Origin: Lentimicrobiaceae bacterium
Lineage (GTDB): Bacteria > Bacteroidota > Bacteroidia > Bacteroidales > JAAYJT01
Direction of reading: 5' to 3'
Assembly (NCBI GenBank): GCA_037445555.1
Contig: JBBIKG010000007.1
Coordinates: 3,597 to 67,596, forward strand
Length of the DNA stretch: 64,000 nt
The position numbers were made by a program, and so were the translations under genes. Of this stretch, positions 18,223 through 27,880 are shown piece after piece. Under the pieces are notes generated by a model, which ran no database searches, was not told the origin of the DNA, and saw only the letters and a program-made list of their open reading frames with translations. The number at the start of each line of letters is the position of its first letter. Position 1 is the stretch's first letter.

Positions 18223-19725
18223 ATGATTGCTGAGAATGTTTACGACAAGTTGAGCAACCCGTTCGCCCTCATGATTTTCTTGCTTACACTCATACTTCCT
18301 GTTGGCGTTGGATTGGCAGCTATGTTAAGAACCAGGAACCTCTCTGATTTTTACATTGGAGGCCGGTCCATGAATCCATTTGTGGTGGGTTTGTCAGCGG
18401 TGGCCTCAGGCCGGTCGTCGTGGCTGGTGCTTGGCTTGAGCGGAATGGCTTACATGCAGGGATTTAGTTCAATCTGGGCCATTGTTGGCTATACTTCCGT
18501 GGAGGCTTTTCAGTTTGTCTACCTCGGAAAAAGGCTCAGAAATGAGACCCAGCAAATGGGTTCCATAACGCTACTCGACTATTTTGAATCGAGATTTGGA
18601 GATAATCGAGGGTTATTGCGAATCACCGGTGTAATCATCATGGGCATCTTCATTACAGCATATGTAGCTGCCCAATTCAACGGAGGTGCAAAGTCGCTGT
18701 CCACGGCACTCGACATTTCTTTTGCTCTCTCGCTTACCATTTCGGGGATATTGATAATTGCCTATATGGTGCTTGGGGGATATGTGGCTGTTGCCTACAA
18801 TGATGTGGTGAGAGCAGTTATCATGCTGGTAGCATTGGTGGTATTGCCAGTTACAGGCTTGATTCAGATCGGTGGCCTGAAGACGATGAATGCCCTTTTG
18901 CACCAGCTTAATCCTGCTTACCTCGATCCCTTTTCGCTTGGCGTAGGTGCACTGTCCGGATTTCTGGGCATAGGGCTGGGGTCACCCGGCCAGCCGCACA
19001 TTGTAGTCCGGTATATGTCAATCAGTCATCCTAATAAACTGACATACAGTGCCATTTACGGCACCTTTTGGAATATTGTACTCGGGCTTGGCGCCATTGG
19101 CATCGGTCTGACAGGGCGTATCCTTATACCTTCGGCGGATGCATTGCCAAACGCCGATCCCGAAATGATTTATCTTGTGCTTTCATCAAAATACTTCAGT
19201 CCATGGCTTTACGGACTTCTCATTGGCGGGGTTTTTGCTGCCATACTGTCCACGGCCGACTCGCAACTGCTCATAGTGGCTTCTACCTTTGCAAGAGATT
19301 TCTTCGAGAAATATTTTGCAGCGGACAGGGTAATTGACGAAAAAACCAAACTGCGAATAAGTCGATGGGTGCTCGTCATAGCTGCGTTTACTGCAATTTT
19401 ACTGGCCTACTTTGCACACGACCTCGTCTTTTGGCTGGTTTTGTTTGCCTGGGGAGGTCTTGGGGCGGCATTTGGGCCCGCCTTGATCCTGTCGTTGTTC
19501 TGGAAAAACACAACAAAGGCGGGAGTATTTGCCGGTATGACCGGGGGCGCCCTGATCACCATTGCCTGGAGGCTTTGGTTTAAAAATACAACAGGCATTT
19601 ATGAACTTATTCCAGGTTTTGCAAGCGCCCTGCTGCTCATTTATGTGGTGAGCATCCTGACACAGCGTAACCAGGAAAGCAAAGAAACTCAAAGTAATCA
19701 TAACGGGCAAGCAGAACCTGCCTGA
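18223..19725 (+). CDS. Sodium:solute symporter (SSS) family transporter, PutP/PanF-like
   Basis: 500 aa with about 13 TM helices. N-terminal pattern ...DFYIGGRSMNPFVVGLSAVASGRSSWLVLGLSGMAY is typical of the SSS family. Confidence 0.85.
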   Translation: MIAENVYDKLSNPFALMIFLLTLILPVGVGLAAMLRTRNLSDFYIGGRSMNPFVVGLSAVASGRSSWLVLGLSGMAYMQGFSSIWAIVGYTSVEAFQFVYLGKRLRNETQQMGSITLLDYFESRFGDNRGLLRITGVIIMGIFITAYVAAQFNGGAKSLSTALDISFALSLTISGILIIAYMVLGGYVAVAYNDVVRAVIMLVALVVLPVTGLIQIGGLKTMNALLHQLNPAYLDPFSLGVGALSGFLGIGLGSPGQPHIVVRYMSISHPNKLTYSAIYGTFWNIVLGLGAIGIGLTGRILIPSADALPNADPEMIYLVLSSKYFSPWLYGLLIGGVFAAILSTADSQLLIVASTFARDFFEKYFAADRVIDEKTKLRISRWVLVIAAFTAILLAYFAHDLVFWLVLFAWGGLGAAFGPALILSLFWKNTTKAGVFAGMTGGALITIAWRLWFKNTTGIYELIPGFASALLLIYVVSILTQRNQESKETQSNHNGQAEPA

Positions 19726-19829
19726 TGGCGAGGTTTTCGTCCCAGCCCCAATCGCAAGTCCAGCCCGGCAAACATATGCATAACGATGGGTTTGGGCCAG
19801 CCGGTCCTGCGATATACGCCTGAAAAAGT

Positions 19830-19837
19830 TACTTTTG
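19830..19837 (+). promoter_or_regulatory. -7 promoter box TAnnTTTG (TACTTTTG) upstream of glnS
   Basis: Exact consensus match, 29 nt upstream of the ATG at 19866. Confidence 0.45.
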
Positions 19838-19865
19838 CACATTATTATATCAAAGAAGCCTTTTT

Positions 19866-21575
19866 ATGAGTCCGGTAAATAGTGCAAATGAATCGTCCAA
19901 GTCATTGAATTTCATTCAAGCCATTATCGAACAAGACCTTCGACAGGGAAAGAATGAGAAACGTGTACATACAAGATTTCCGCCCGAACCTAACGGATAT
20001 CTCCACATTGGCCACGCCAAATCGATCTGCCTAAACTTTGGCCTTGCCCTGCAGTATAATGGCATGTGCAACCTGCGATTCGATGATACCAACCCTGTTA
20101 AAGAAGATATAGAGTATGTTGAATCAATAAAAGCCGATGTACGCTGGCTTGGATTTGACTGGGAAGGGCGTGAATATTATGCCTCTGATTATTTTGAACA
20201 GCTCTACCAGTACGCCGTTGATATAATTAAAAAAGGAGCCGCGTATGTGTGCGACCTAAGTGCCGAGCAGATTAGTGCCGACCGGGGAACACCCACTCGT
20301 CCGGGAAATCCAAGCCCTACCCGAAACCGAAGCGTAGAGGAGAACCTTGATCTTTTCGGGCGTATGCGGAAGGGTGAATTTAAGGAAGGGTCAAGGGTGT
20401 TGCGTGCAAAAATCGACATGGCGTCGCCAAATATGCATATGCGCGATCCCATCATGTATCGGATTCTGTTTGCACATCATCACCGCACCGGCGATAAATG
20501 GTGCATCTACCCTACCTATGATTTTGCTCACGGGCAGAGTGATTTTATCGAAGGAATAACACATTCTGTATGCACTCTCGAATTTGAAGTACATCGCCCG
20601 CTGTATGATTGGTTTCTTAATCAGATTGTTGAAATAGATACCTATCGACCTCAACAGATTGAATTTGCCAGGCTTAACCTTAGCTATACTGTAATGAGCA
20701 AGCGCAAGCTTCTCGAACTGGTTAAGAATAAATATGTCAACGGCTGGGATGACCCCCGGATGCCGACCATATCGGGGTTAAGGCGGCGTGGCTATACGCC
20801 GGAGTCAATACGTTATTTCGCCGACAAAATAGGCGTTGCTAAACGCGATAATATGATCGATGTGGCACTACTAGAGCACAGCATACGCGAAGATCTGAAT
20901 AAGCGTGCCCCTCGACGGCTGGCAGTGATCAATCCTTTGAAGCTGGTAATTACTAACTATCCCGCCGATGGCACCGAGACACTGGAAGCCATAAATAATC
21001 CGGAAGACGAACTTGCCGGAGCTCGCCTTCTTCCTTTTTCGCGGGAGTTGTACATCGAAAAGGATGATTTTATGGAGAATCCGCCGCCAAAATTTCATCG
21101 GCTAAGCCCGGGAAATGAAGTTCGCCTGAAGTATGCCTATATCATACGTTGCGATAATGTTGTTAAGGATCACGCAACAGGTGAAATACTTGAAATACAT
21201 TGTACCTATGATGCTGAAACACGAAGCGGAATGCCTCAAAGCAACCGCAAAGTCAAGGGAGCCATTCACTGGTTGTCAGCAGCGCATTCCAGGGTAGCTG
21301 AGTTCAGGCTATTTGATCGGTTGTTCAGTGTTGAAAATCCGGATGCTGCCGAAGAAGGAAAAGATTATAAGGATTTTCTCAATCCGCAATCCCTGATTAC
21401 CACCCGGGGCTATGTCGAAGACTCATTTGATCAGGTAACACCACTCGAAAAGTTCCAGTTTGAACGATTGGGCTACTTCTGTGCTGATCCGGACAGTAGC
21501 AGTGATTCGCTGATTTTTAACCGCACCGTTTCGCTCAAGGATGCATGGGCGAAAATCGAAAAAAACAGCAAATGA
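19866..21575 (+). CDS. glnS: Glutamine--tRNA ligase
   Basis: Class I signature HIGHAKS and VMSKRKL (KMSKS variant). [14 protein letters not shown] and size (569 aa) are typical of GlnRS. Confidence 0.94.
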   Translation: MSPVNSANESSKSLNFIQAIIEQDLRQGKNEKRVHTRFPPEPNGYLHIGHAKSICLNFGLALQYNGMCNLRFDDTNPVKEDIEYVESIKADVRWLGFDWEGREYYASDYFEQLYQYAVDIIKKGAAYVCDLSAEQISADRGTPTRPGNPSPTRNRSVEENLDLFGRMRKGEFKEGSRVLRAKIDMASPNMHMRDPIMYRILFAHHHRTGDKWCIYPTYDFAHGQSDFIEGITHSVCTLEFEVHRPLYDWFLNQIVEIDTYRPQQIEFARLNLSYTVMSKRKLLELVKNKYVNGWDDPRMPTISGLRRRGYTPESIRYFADKIGVAKRDNMIDVALLEHSIREDLNKRAPRRLAVINPLKLVITNYPADGTETLEAINNPEDELAGARLLPFSRELYIEKDDFMENPPPKFHRLSPGNEVRLKYAYIIRCDNVVKDHATGEILEIHCTYDAETRSGMPQSNRKVKGAIHWLSAAHSRVAEFRLFDRLFSVENPDAAEEGKDYKDFLNPQSLITTRGYVEDSFDQVTPLEKFQFERLGYFCADPDSSSDSLIFNRTVSLKDAWAKIEKNSK

Positions 21576-21599
21576 CATGCTGACATCAGGGTTATTTAT

Positions 21600-21607
21600 T
21601 AACTTTG
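21600..21607 (+). promoter_or_regulatory. -7 promoter box TAnnTTTG (TAACTTTG) for tRNA-Gln
   Basis: Exact consensus match, 11 nt upstream of the mature tRNA 5' end. Confidence 0.5.
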
Positions 21608-21618
21608 CGGCCTGAAAT

Positions 21619-21691
21619 TGTCCGATAGTGTAACTGGCAACACGTCTGACTCTGGATCAGAAGACTCTAGGTTCGAGCCCTAGTCGGACAA
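21619..21691 (+). tRNA. tRNA-Gln (anticodon CTG)
   Basis: TGTCCGA...TCGGACA forms the acceptor stem. The anticodon arm TCTGA-CTCTGGA-TCAGA carries anticodon CTG. The T-arm is CTAGG-TTCGAGC-CCTAG. 73 nt, with no encoded CCA. Confidence 0.9.
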
Positions 21692-21700
21692 CAAATCAAA

Positions 21701-21736
21701 GCCGCGCATAATGGTTCATGCGTGGCATTTTTTTTA
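21701..21736 (+). terminator. Rho-independent terminator after tRNA-Gln
   Basis: GCCGCGCAT (21701-21709) pairs with ATGCGTGGC (21718-21726, one G-U pair) and is followed by ATTTTTTTT. Confidence 0.75.
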
Positions 21737-21822
21737 TCCGCAAATCTGTTTTATTTTACGCAAATGGAAGAAAGCTGCTCCTCCGATCGTAAATTTATAC
21801 CATCTACGGTCTATTTGGTGCA

Positions 21823-22530
21823 ATGAAACAAACGAAGCTGGAGATAATTCTGGACGAGCTGCTGTCGCTGTTCTATCCGATTACCTGTGCGGCATGTGGC
21901 AACAGCCTGCATCGTAACGAGGAAATTCTCTGTACCTTCTGTAATTATCAGCTTCCTAAAACAAATTTTCATCTCGACCCCGACAACATTCTGGCCCAGG
22001 TATTTTGGGGGCGCGTTAACCTTGAAAGGGTAGGGGCGTTGTATTTTTTTACTAAAACCGGAAAAGTGCAACACCTTTTGCATCAGCTCAAATATAAAAA
22101 GCGAAAAGATGTTGGATGTTACCTGGGCAGGTTATATGGAAGCGAGCTCATAAAGTCAGGGTTATTTGATTCTGTAGCTTGCATCATCCCGGTTCCGTTG
22201 CATCCTGATAAGCAAAGAAAGCGCGGCTATAATCAAAGCGAGGTATTTGCCGCTGGCCTGGCGGAAGCCATGAATATCCCCGTCGATACCGCTTCACTCA
22301 TACGGACTGTGGCTTCTGAATCGCAGACGCGCAAATCGCGCTTCAGCCGATGGAAAAATGTGGGCGACATTTTTGCTGTCACCGATGAGGCCTCTCTCAG
22401 GGACAAGCATGTTTTACTGGTGGATGATGTGATAACGACCGGGGCAACCATTGAGGCATGTGCCATGAGGTTGCTCGAAGTGGCCGGCACACGTGTCAGT
22501 GTGGCCGCCATTGCCTGTGCCATCCACTAG
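21823..22530 (+). CDS. ComF-family phosphoribosyltransferase-domain protein
   Basis: N-terminal Cys pairs (CAACGN...CTFC) and a C-terminal PRTase motif VLLVDDVITTGATIEAC. 235 aa. Confidence 0.85.
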   Translation: MKQTKLEIILDELLSLFYPITCAACGNSLHRNEEILCTFCNYQLPKTNFHLDPDNILAQVFWGRVNLERVGALYFFTKTGKVQHLLHQLKYKKRKDVGCYLGRLYGSELIKSGLFDSVACIIPVPLHPDKQRKRGYNQSEVFAAGLAEAMNIPVDTASLIRTVASESQTRKSRFSRWKNVGDIFAVTDEASLRDKHVLLVDDVITTGATIEACAMRLLEVAGTRVSVAAIACAIH

Positions 22531-25164
22531 TCATAACCGGCCGCCCAACACCGCAGTTTTTTTGTATTGCCTAAGTTTCCCCGTCAGGTCGTACGTTTCG
22601 ATCAGAATCACATAATACCCAACAGAGGCTTTCTCATTACGATCGCTGATGCCGTCCCAGCTGAAGGTTCCCGAAGCGCCGAGCAACTGATTTAGCACAA
22701 GCCGGCGTATTAAACGGCCCTGCGCATCGTAAATCACAATATTGGCCATATACCCCGGGGCGGGCAACGAATAGACAATGTTGAGTACATCATTATACCC
22801 GTCATTGTCGGGCGAAAAAATGTCCGGACTAACGGAAAAATCACCCTCTTTTGCCTCTGCTGCCACGAACTGCGAGTTACGATAGGCCGGAGTTCCGTAT
22901 CCTACCTGCGAGGAAGCTGAATGCCAGTTGGTCGGATCGCTTGAAGGACGATCGGGATGGATGCGCTCAAGGGCAACGCCTTTATAGGTGGTCAACAGCG
23001 CAAAATGCATCTTTTCGGTATATACCAGACGGTCAATTACGGTTTCGTTTAGGTCGCTCAGCACCACTACTCCACTGGCATTGTTGTAGGAAGGAAAACT
23101 TGTCATTTTCAAAAACCCCCTAGGGTTGCTCGTACGATAATTGGCTTTAACCTGGTCGGGCCGTGTAGTTAATACCAGGTATTCTCCTGGGAACATCAGG
23201 TAGCCGGTCGAGGTGATTTCTTTGACTGAAGAAAGGATTTGTAACGCACTGTCGTATGACGAAAGCCTGAGAGAGCGCAGGTCAATAACCTTATTTGAAC
23301 GGTTATATAACTCTACATAATCCTCGCAGCCCGCCGGAGGATTGAAAAGCAGCTCATTTATGACAAGATCGTTCGTGCCAGCTGTTTTGGGAACGGCAAA
23401 GCGCTTGCTGCTGTTGGCTGAAATTAAATTGCCAGCACAATCGCTTATTTGTCCGGTAACGGATAACGAGTAGATAATATTATCCTGGAAAGTGGAGGAA
23501 AATGACAGAGTAACCGCATCATGTAGCGGGTCATTTATTATTGCTGAGGCGGGCGCACCAATATTGTAATCCACCCTGTATGCCTGAAGATTGCCGAGCA
23601 GGCCGGGATTCATTTTTTCAGTGAAATACACGGTGACGGTTCTACTGTCAATAATTAGAATGCGATCGATGTCAGGGCTTTGGTTATCCGGATTTCGGGC
23701 ATATACTGAATTCTGCTTTCCCGGCGTACCACCGCTCAAATCCACAGATGCCTTCCAATTGGTTGATTCGCCGCAGGGATTTGCCGGGTCAATCATTTCA
23801 AGTGTCCAACCCCCTTCTTTTTTTGCAGAACTTTCGTACCACTCATCCGAGTAAATAACAGAGTGTATTAATAGGCCGTCTTTGTCGTAAATACTCAGCG
23901 TAGCACCGCTGTTGGTCAATGCGGTAGATGACAAGCCTTCGATCACCGCAATAGGCCCAAAACGCTTCAATTCATCCAGCGCGAGGGAGTTGCATAAAAT
24001 CAGGTACCCCTTGGGTGCGAGCTCCACAGATGGTATTGTTCGTTTGGAGCCACTGTGTTGAAATACCCACCCGGACAGGTCAACCGGAAAAGCCGTGGTG
24101 TTATGCAGCTCGAAGAACTCATAGGCAGGCAGCCCAATGGTTGGAGTAGGATCGGCCATGATTTCGTTGATCACCACATCATGCAGTTTTGGCTTGTAAT
24201 AAAGGAATTTGACCTGTGTTTCCGGCATCAGGTTTCCTGAGAGATCGCGAATGTTTCTGACAGTCAATGTGTTTTCGGCCCCACTTTGGAAAGAGTTGAC
24301 GAACTGTAATACCACCTGTACCGGTGTGGTGCCGATTGCAGCCGAGGCCGCCACCCCAACGTTATTATTGACCGAATAGTTGTTCGAATTTACCGCAATG
24401 ATTTGATCTACCACTTCATTAAACGTTACAACCAGGTTATTCGGAGATAACGCCAACACCTTTTCAATGACCGGCGGGGTGTTATCAACTATTTCAGAAC
24501 CCACATATACGTTGTCGAAAAAATAGTTTTTTATGTTGCTCACTGTGTATTGGCAAAGAAATCCGAAATGGCCTCCGGGTGAAAAAGCATTGTCAATGGC
24601 AGTTGCCTCAAGCTGGTAAAGGCCCATATTGGTTTGGTCGGCATAAATCTTCCAGACGCCTGAAGCAGAGCGGGTAACCTTTACGCTTATGGCAAAGGCA
24701 TTGGCTACAAGGCCTGGCGTTCCGCGGCACAGACTTGTAGTTACGGTTCCTTGTTTTTTGAAAAGTTCGACAGGGTCATTTGCCAGATTTTCGCCAAAAC
24801 GCAGAAAATAGCCGTTCAGGGGCTCGCTAAGGTTGGGATTATTTCCCGAAAGATAAACCTCGGCAAAGTTGGTGGCCGACGGACTGAAATTCAGTCTAAT
24901 CCAGAATCTCCATTCCATTGTCCCAGTTGGGGCGCTATAAGGGGTACTGAGCCATGCCGTACCAGCCTGCGTATCATTAAGCTGCAATTGGAGGCTGCTG
25001 TTCACCGTGAATTTTTCGGTGGCCCCCACCCATGTGGGATTTTGGGTAAAATTTCCATCCGAAAAATTATCGATAAGCTGAGCAAAAACTGTCTGCGAAG
25101 CAAAGAGGAGTAAAAAAACCAGGGTTGATTTAACTACGAGGCGGCTAGATAATATTGTTTTCAT
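22531..25164 (-). CDS. Large secreted protein with two lamin-tail-like motifs and a T9SS type-B (gliding-motility C-terminal) sorting domain
   Basis: The signal peptide ends ...TVFAQ. VINEIMADPTP and VINELLFNPPAG resemble lamin-tail-domain openings. The C-terminal approximately 90 aa (FSPDNDGYNDVLNIVY...IYDAQGRLIRRL...FSWDG...GYYVILIETYD...KKTAVLG) fit the type-B sorting-domain pattern. I chose the ATG at 25164; a GTG at 25173 is also possible. Confidence 0.8.
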   Translation of the reverse strand: MKTILSSRLVVKSTLVFLLLFASQTVFAQLIDNFSDGNFTQNPTWVGATEKFTVNSSLQLQLNDTQAGTAWLSTPYSAPTGTMEWRFWIRLNFSPSATNFAEVYLSGNNPNLSEPLNGYFLRFGENLANDPVELFKKQGTVTTSLCRGTPGLVANAFAISVKVTRSASGVWKIYADQTNMGLYQLEATAIDNAFSPGGHFGFLCQYTVSNIKNYFFDNVYVGSEIVDNTPPVIEKVLALSPNNLVVTFNEVVDQIIAVNSNNYSVNNNVGVAASAAIGTTPVQVVLQFVNSFQSGAENTLTVRNIRDLSGNLMPETQVKFLYYKPKLHDVVINEIMADPTPTIGLPAYEFFELHNTTAFPVDLSGWVFQHSGSKRTIPSVELAPKGYLILCNSLALDELKRFGPIAVIEGLSSTALTNSGATLSIYDKDGLLIHSVIYSDEWYESSAKKEGGWTLEMIDPANPCGESTNWKASVDLSGGTPGKQNSVYARNPDNQSPDIDRILIIDSRTVTVYFTEKMNPGLLGNLQAYRVDYNIGAPASAIINDPLHDAVTLSFSSTFQDNIIYSLSVTGQISDCAGNLISANSSKRFAVPKTAGTNDLVINELLFNPPAGCEDYVELYNRSNKVIDLRSLRLSSYDSALQILSSVKEITSTGYLMFPGEYLVLTTRPDQVKANYRTSNPRGFLKMTSFPSYNNASGVVVLSDLNETVIDRLVYTEKMHFALLTTYKGVALERIHPDRPSSDPTNWHSASSQVGYGTPAYRNSQFVAAEAKEGDFSVSPDIFSPDNDGYNDVLNIVYSLPAPGYMANIVIYDAQGRLIRRLVLNQLLGASGTFSWDGISDRNEKASVGYYVILIETYDLTGKLRQYKKTAVLGGRL

Positions 25165-25270
25165 GAACAACACGTCAGAAATGAATCAATAAAATTACGC
25201 CAACAAAGGTCAGATCATGTCTCATTTTTCAGTGGGTTCAGGCATTTCAGCAAACAACGGGTAAATGTAC

Positions 25271-25278
25271 TAATTTTG
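25271..25278 (+). promoter_or_regulatory. -7 promoter box TAnnTTTG (TAATTTTG) upstream of asd
   Basis: Exact consensus match, 33 nt upstream of the ATG at 25311. Confidence 0.45.
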
Positions 25279-25310
25279 CACACATAACAGTTTATAACCA
25301 ATCAAACGAG

Positions 25311-26327
25311 ATGAAACTTGCTGTTGTTGGTGCCACCGGACTGGTGGGGAGCGTGATAATAAGAGTGCTGGAGGAGGGTAAATATCTTATCCATTCGGAT
25401 ATAAAGGAGTTCATCCCGGTAGCCTCAGAAAAATCTGTTGGCAAAGAGATAGGATATTTAGGGAAGGATTATAAGATAGTTGGATTGAGCGATGCTGTTG
25501 AGAAAAAACCTGACGTTGCCATTTTTTCGGCAGGAGCTTCCACCTCACTTCGTTGGGCGCCCGAATTTTCCAAGGCCGGAACCATCGTTATTGATAATTC
25601 CTCGGCTTGGCGCCTGTACGATCACGTTCCGCTAGTTGTGCCCGAAGTAAATTTATCCGCCATTAAGCCGGGCGATAGAATAATTGCCAATCCAAACTGC
25701 TCTACCATACAGCTCGCCCTGACACTCGCCCCTCTGCACAAATATTTCAGAATTAAAAGACTGGTTGTTTCAACTTATCAATCCGTGACAGGGTCCGGCA
25801 TAAGGGGCGTACGCCAACTTAAGGCTGAAAGGCTGGATATATTTACCGGGCTACCGAGGGCATACCCGCATCAGATAGACCTGAACCTTATTCCACAGGG
25901 GGGCGATTTTACCGATAATGGGTACACGACTGAGGAGTTGAAGCTGGTCAACGAAACCCGAAAAATACTGGACGATTATACAATCATGATTACCTCCACT
26001 GTAGTCAGGGTTCCTGTCTATGGCGGGCATTCCGAGTCGGTGAATATTGAGTTTCACAACCCTTTCGTACTGGATGATATCAGACGCATACTGCAGCATA
26101 CCCCGGGCCTCGTCGTTGTTGATGATCCCGGCCATTCAAAATATCCCATGCCTTTGGATGCCGAAGGAAAAGACGAAGTTTTTGTGGGCCGGATTCGCCG
26201 CGATGAGTCGCAGGCAAATTCGCTTAACTTGTGGATTGTTGCCGACAACCTGCGAAAAGGTGCTGCCACCAATGCAGTTCAGATAGCCGCCAGCATTACA
26301 AAATCCACCCAAAAGCAGACCGAGTGA
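25311..26327 (+). CDS. asd: Aspartate-semialdehyde dehydrogenase
   Basis: [14 protein letters not shown] (NADP-binding), the active-site region IIANPNCSTIQL, and VPVYGGHSESV. 338 aa. Confidence 0.93.
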   Translation: MKLAVVGATGLVGSVIIRVLEEGKYLIHSDIKEFIPVASEKSVGKEIGYLGKDYKIVGLSDAVEKKPDVAIFSAGASTSLRWAPEFSKAGTIVIDNSSAWRLYDHVPLVVPEVNLSAIKPGDRIIANPNCSTIQLALTLAPLHKYFRIKRLVVSTYQSVTGSGIRGVRQLKAERLDIFTGLPRAYPHQIDLNLIPQGGDFTDNGYTTEELKLVNETRKILDDYTIMITSTVVRVPVYGGHSESVNIEFHNPFVLDDIRRILQHTPGLVVVDDPGHSKYPMPLDAEGKDEVFVGRIRRDESQANSLNLWIVADNLRKGAATNAVQIAASITKSTQKQTE

Positions 26328-27250
26328 ATATCTACGAAGGAGACCGTTTACCACTTCAATTGAATAATACCGTGGTTTCGGTAGGAACCTTCGACGGCGT
26401 TCACCTCGGACACCAGGTTCTAATTGGAAGAATGAGGGAGGTTGCCTCACAGTACCGGGCGCAAACCCTTGTTATCACTTTCAATCCGCCGCCCAAAATG
26501 GTTTTGGGATCACAAAGCGGCCTGAAATTACTTACCCCTGAAAACGAAAAAATAGACCTGCTAAGGAAGGCCGGAATTGACAACCTATGGGTTATTCCAT
26601 TCACCCGTGAATTTGCACAAATAAGTCACGAAACCTTTATAGAGGAGTATCTTGCCGGCAGGGCAGGGGTAAGGCATCTTGTGATGGGACATGATCATTC
26701 ACTTGGAAAGGGTAAGCAAGCCGGTTTCGGCGATATTCTAAAACTGGCGCACCGACTTGGCTTTAGTTTGGAACAAATCCCTGCTTTAGTGAGTAATCAA
26801 TCAGCAATAAGCTCTTCGTTTATCCGCCAAGCCCTGAATGAAGGAAAGCTCGAAACCGCCAACAACCTGTTGGGTTATAACTATGCGTTACGAGGAGCGG
26901 TTGTCAGAGGAAACCAGATCGGAAAGCTGATAGGATTCCCGACCGCCAACCTTCGGCCCGAGTCTACCGATAAGCTAATCCCCGCCTATGGCGTGTACGC
27001 CTGCCTTATTGACTGGAAAAAAGAAACATTCAAGGGGATGAGCAACATCGGAACCAGGCCAACGCTGGAAACGCAACAACTCACCATTGAAGCGAACATT
27101 TTTGACTTTAATGAGGAGATCTATCACGATGAAATCAACATCAGGCTGGTGCACCGGGTTCGCGATGAAAGAAAATTCGGGAGCCTCGACATGCTTAAGC
27201 GACAGCTCATGATTGATAAAGAGGTTATAACGGCATATTTCAATGGCTAA
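26324..27250 (+). CDS. ribF: Bifunctional riboflavin kinase / FMN adenylyltransferase
   Basis: VVSVGTFDGVHLGHQ (FAD synthetase motif) and a C-terminal riboflavin kinase region (GFPTANL...GMSNIGTRPT...EANIFDF). I chose the GTG at 26324, which overlaps the asd stop (GTGA). The track start at 26231 would overlap asd by 97 nt with non-homologous sequence. Confidence 0.9.
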   Translation: MNIYEGDRLPLQLNNTVVSVGTFDGVHLGHQVLIGRMREVASQYRAQTLVITFNPPPKMVLGSQSGLKLLTPENEKIDLLRKAGIDNLWVIPFTREFAQISHETFIEEYLAGRAGVRHLVMGHDHSLGKGKQAGFGDILKLAHRLGFSLEQIPALVSNQSAISSSFIRQALNEGKLETANNLLGYNYALRGAVVRGNQIGKLIGFPTANLRPESTDKLIPAYGVYACLIDWKKETFKGMSNIGTRPTLETQQLTIEANIFDFNEEIYHDEINIRLVHRVRDERKFGSLDMLKRQLMIDKEVITAYFNG

Positions 27251-27875
27251 AAAGAAAAATTATTATGTTGTCTGGATAGGACGTACAACGGGCATATTTC
27301 ATCGTTGGGAGGATTGCTGCCAACAGGTGAAAGGATTCACAGGCGCAATCTATGCCGGATTCCCCACGCTGCAAATGGCACAACGTGCGCTTACTTCCGA
27401 TCCAACTTTATTTATCGGGAACTCTGGCCCCACGAAATCCGAATTAACCCAAGACCAATTACCCAAAGAAGTGATTCTTCCCAGCCTTTGCGTGGATGCT
27501 GCCTGCAGCGGAAACCCAGGAGCTATGGAATACAGGGGGGTGATTACCGATACAGGCAGCCTGGTTTTTAAACAGGGACCTTATAGGCTGGCCACCAACA
27601 ATATTGGCGAATTTCTAGCCATTGTTCATGCACTTGCCTGGCTGAAAAGGAATAATCTGGACTGGCCGGTGTACAGTGATTCGCGAAATGCCATTCTATG
27701 GGTGAAAAATATGGAGCCTAAAACCAAATTAACGCAAACAGATCAGAACAGGGATATATTTGAGTTGACCCGGCGTGCGGTAACCTGGCTTAAAACGCAT
27801 GAATACCAGACCAAGGTACTGAAATGGGATACGCAGCGCTGGGGTGAAATCCCAGCCGACTTTGGGCGGAAGTAA
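27243..27875 (+). CDS. rnhA: Ribonuclease H with N-terminal RNase H1-type hybrid-binding (caulimovirus viroplasmin-like) domain
   Basis: The N-terminus KNYYVVWIGRTTGIFHRWEDCCQQVKGFTGAIYAGFPTLQMAQRAL fits the HBD pattern. The C-terminal RNase H core has acidic residues in VDAACSGNPG, NNIGEFLA and YSDSRNA. It overlaps ribF by 8 nt. Confidence 0.85.
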   Translation: MAKKKNYYVVWIGRTTGIFHRWEDCCQQVKGFTGAIYAGFPTLQMAQRALTSDPTLFIGNSGPTKSELTQDQLPKEVILPSLCVDAACSGNPGAMEYRGVITDTGSLVFKQGPYRLATNNIGEFLAIVHALAWLKRNNLDWPVYSDSRNAILWVKNMEPKTKLTQTDQNRDIFELTRRAVTWLKTHEYQTKVLKWDTQRWGEIPADFGRK

Positions 27876-27880
27876 TAATG

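Noticed and set aside
26231-26323. Long 5' extensions of track ORFs: ribF from 26231, and likewise mnmG from 35536, tyrS from 54695, tatA from 48192, the ABC ATPase from 5283 and DUF853 from 63605
   Set aside because: The extensions overlap upstream genes or promoter boxes and lack family-like sequence. Conserved N-termini begin at the internal starts used in the feature list.
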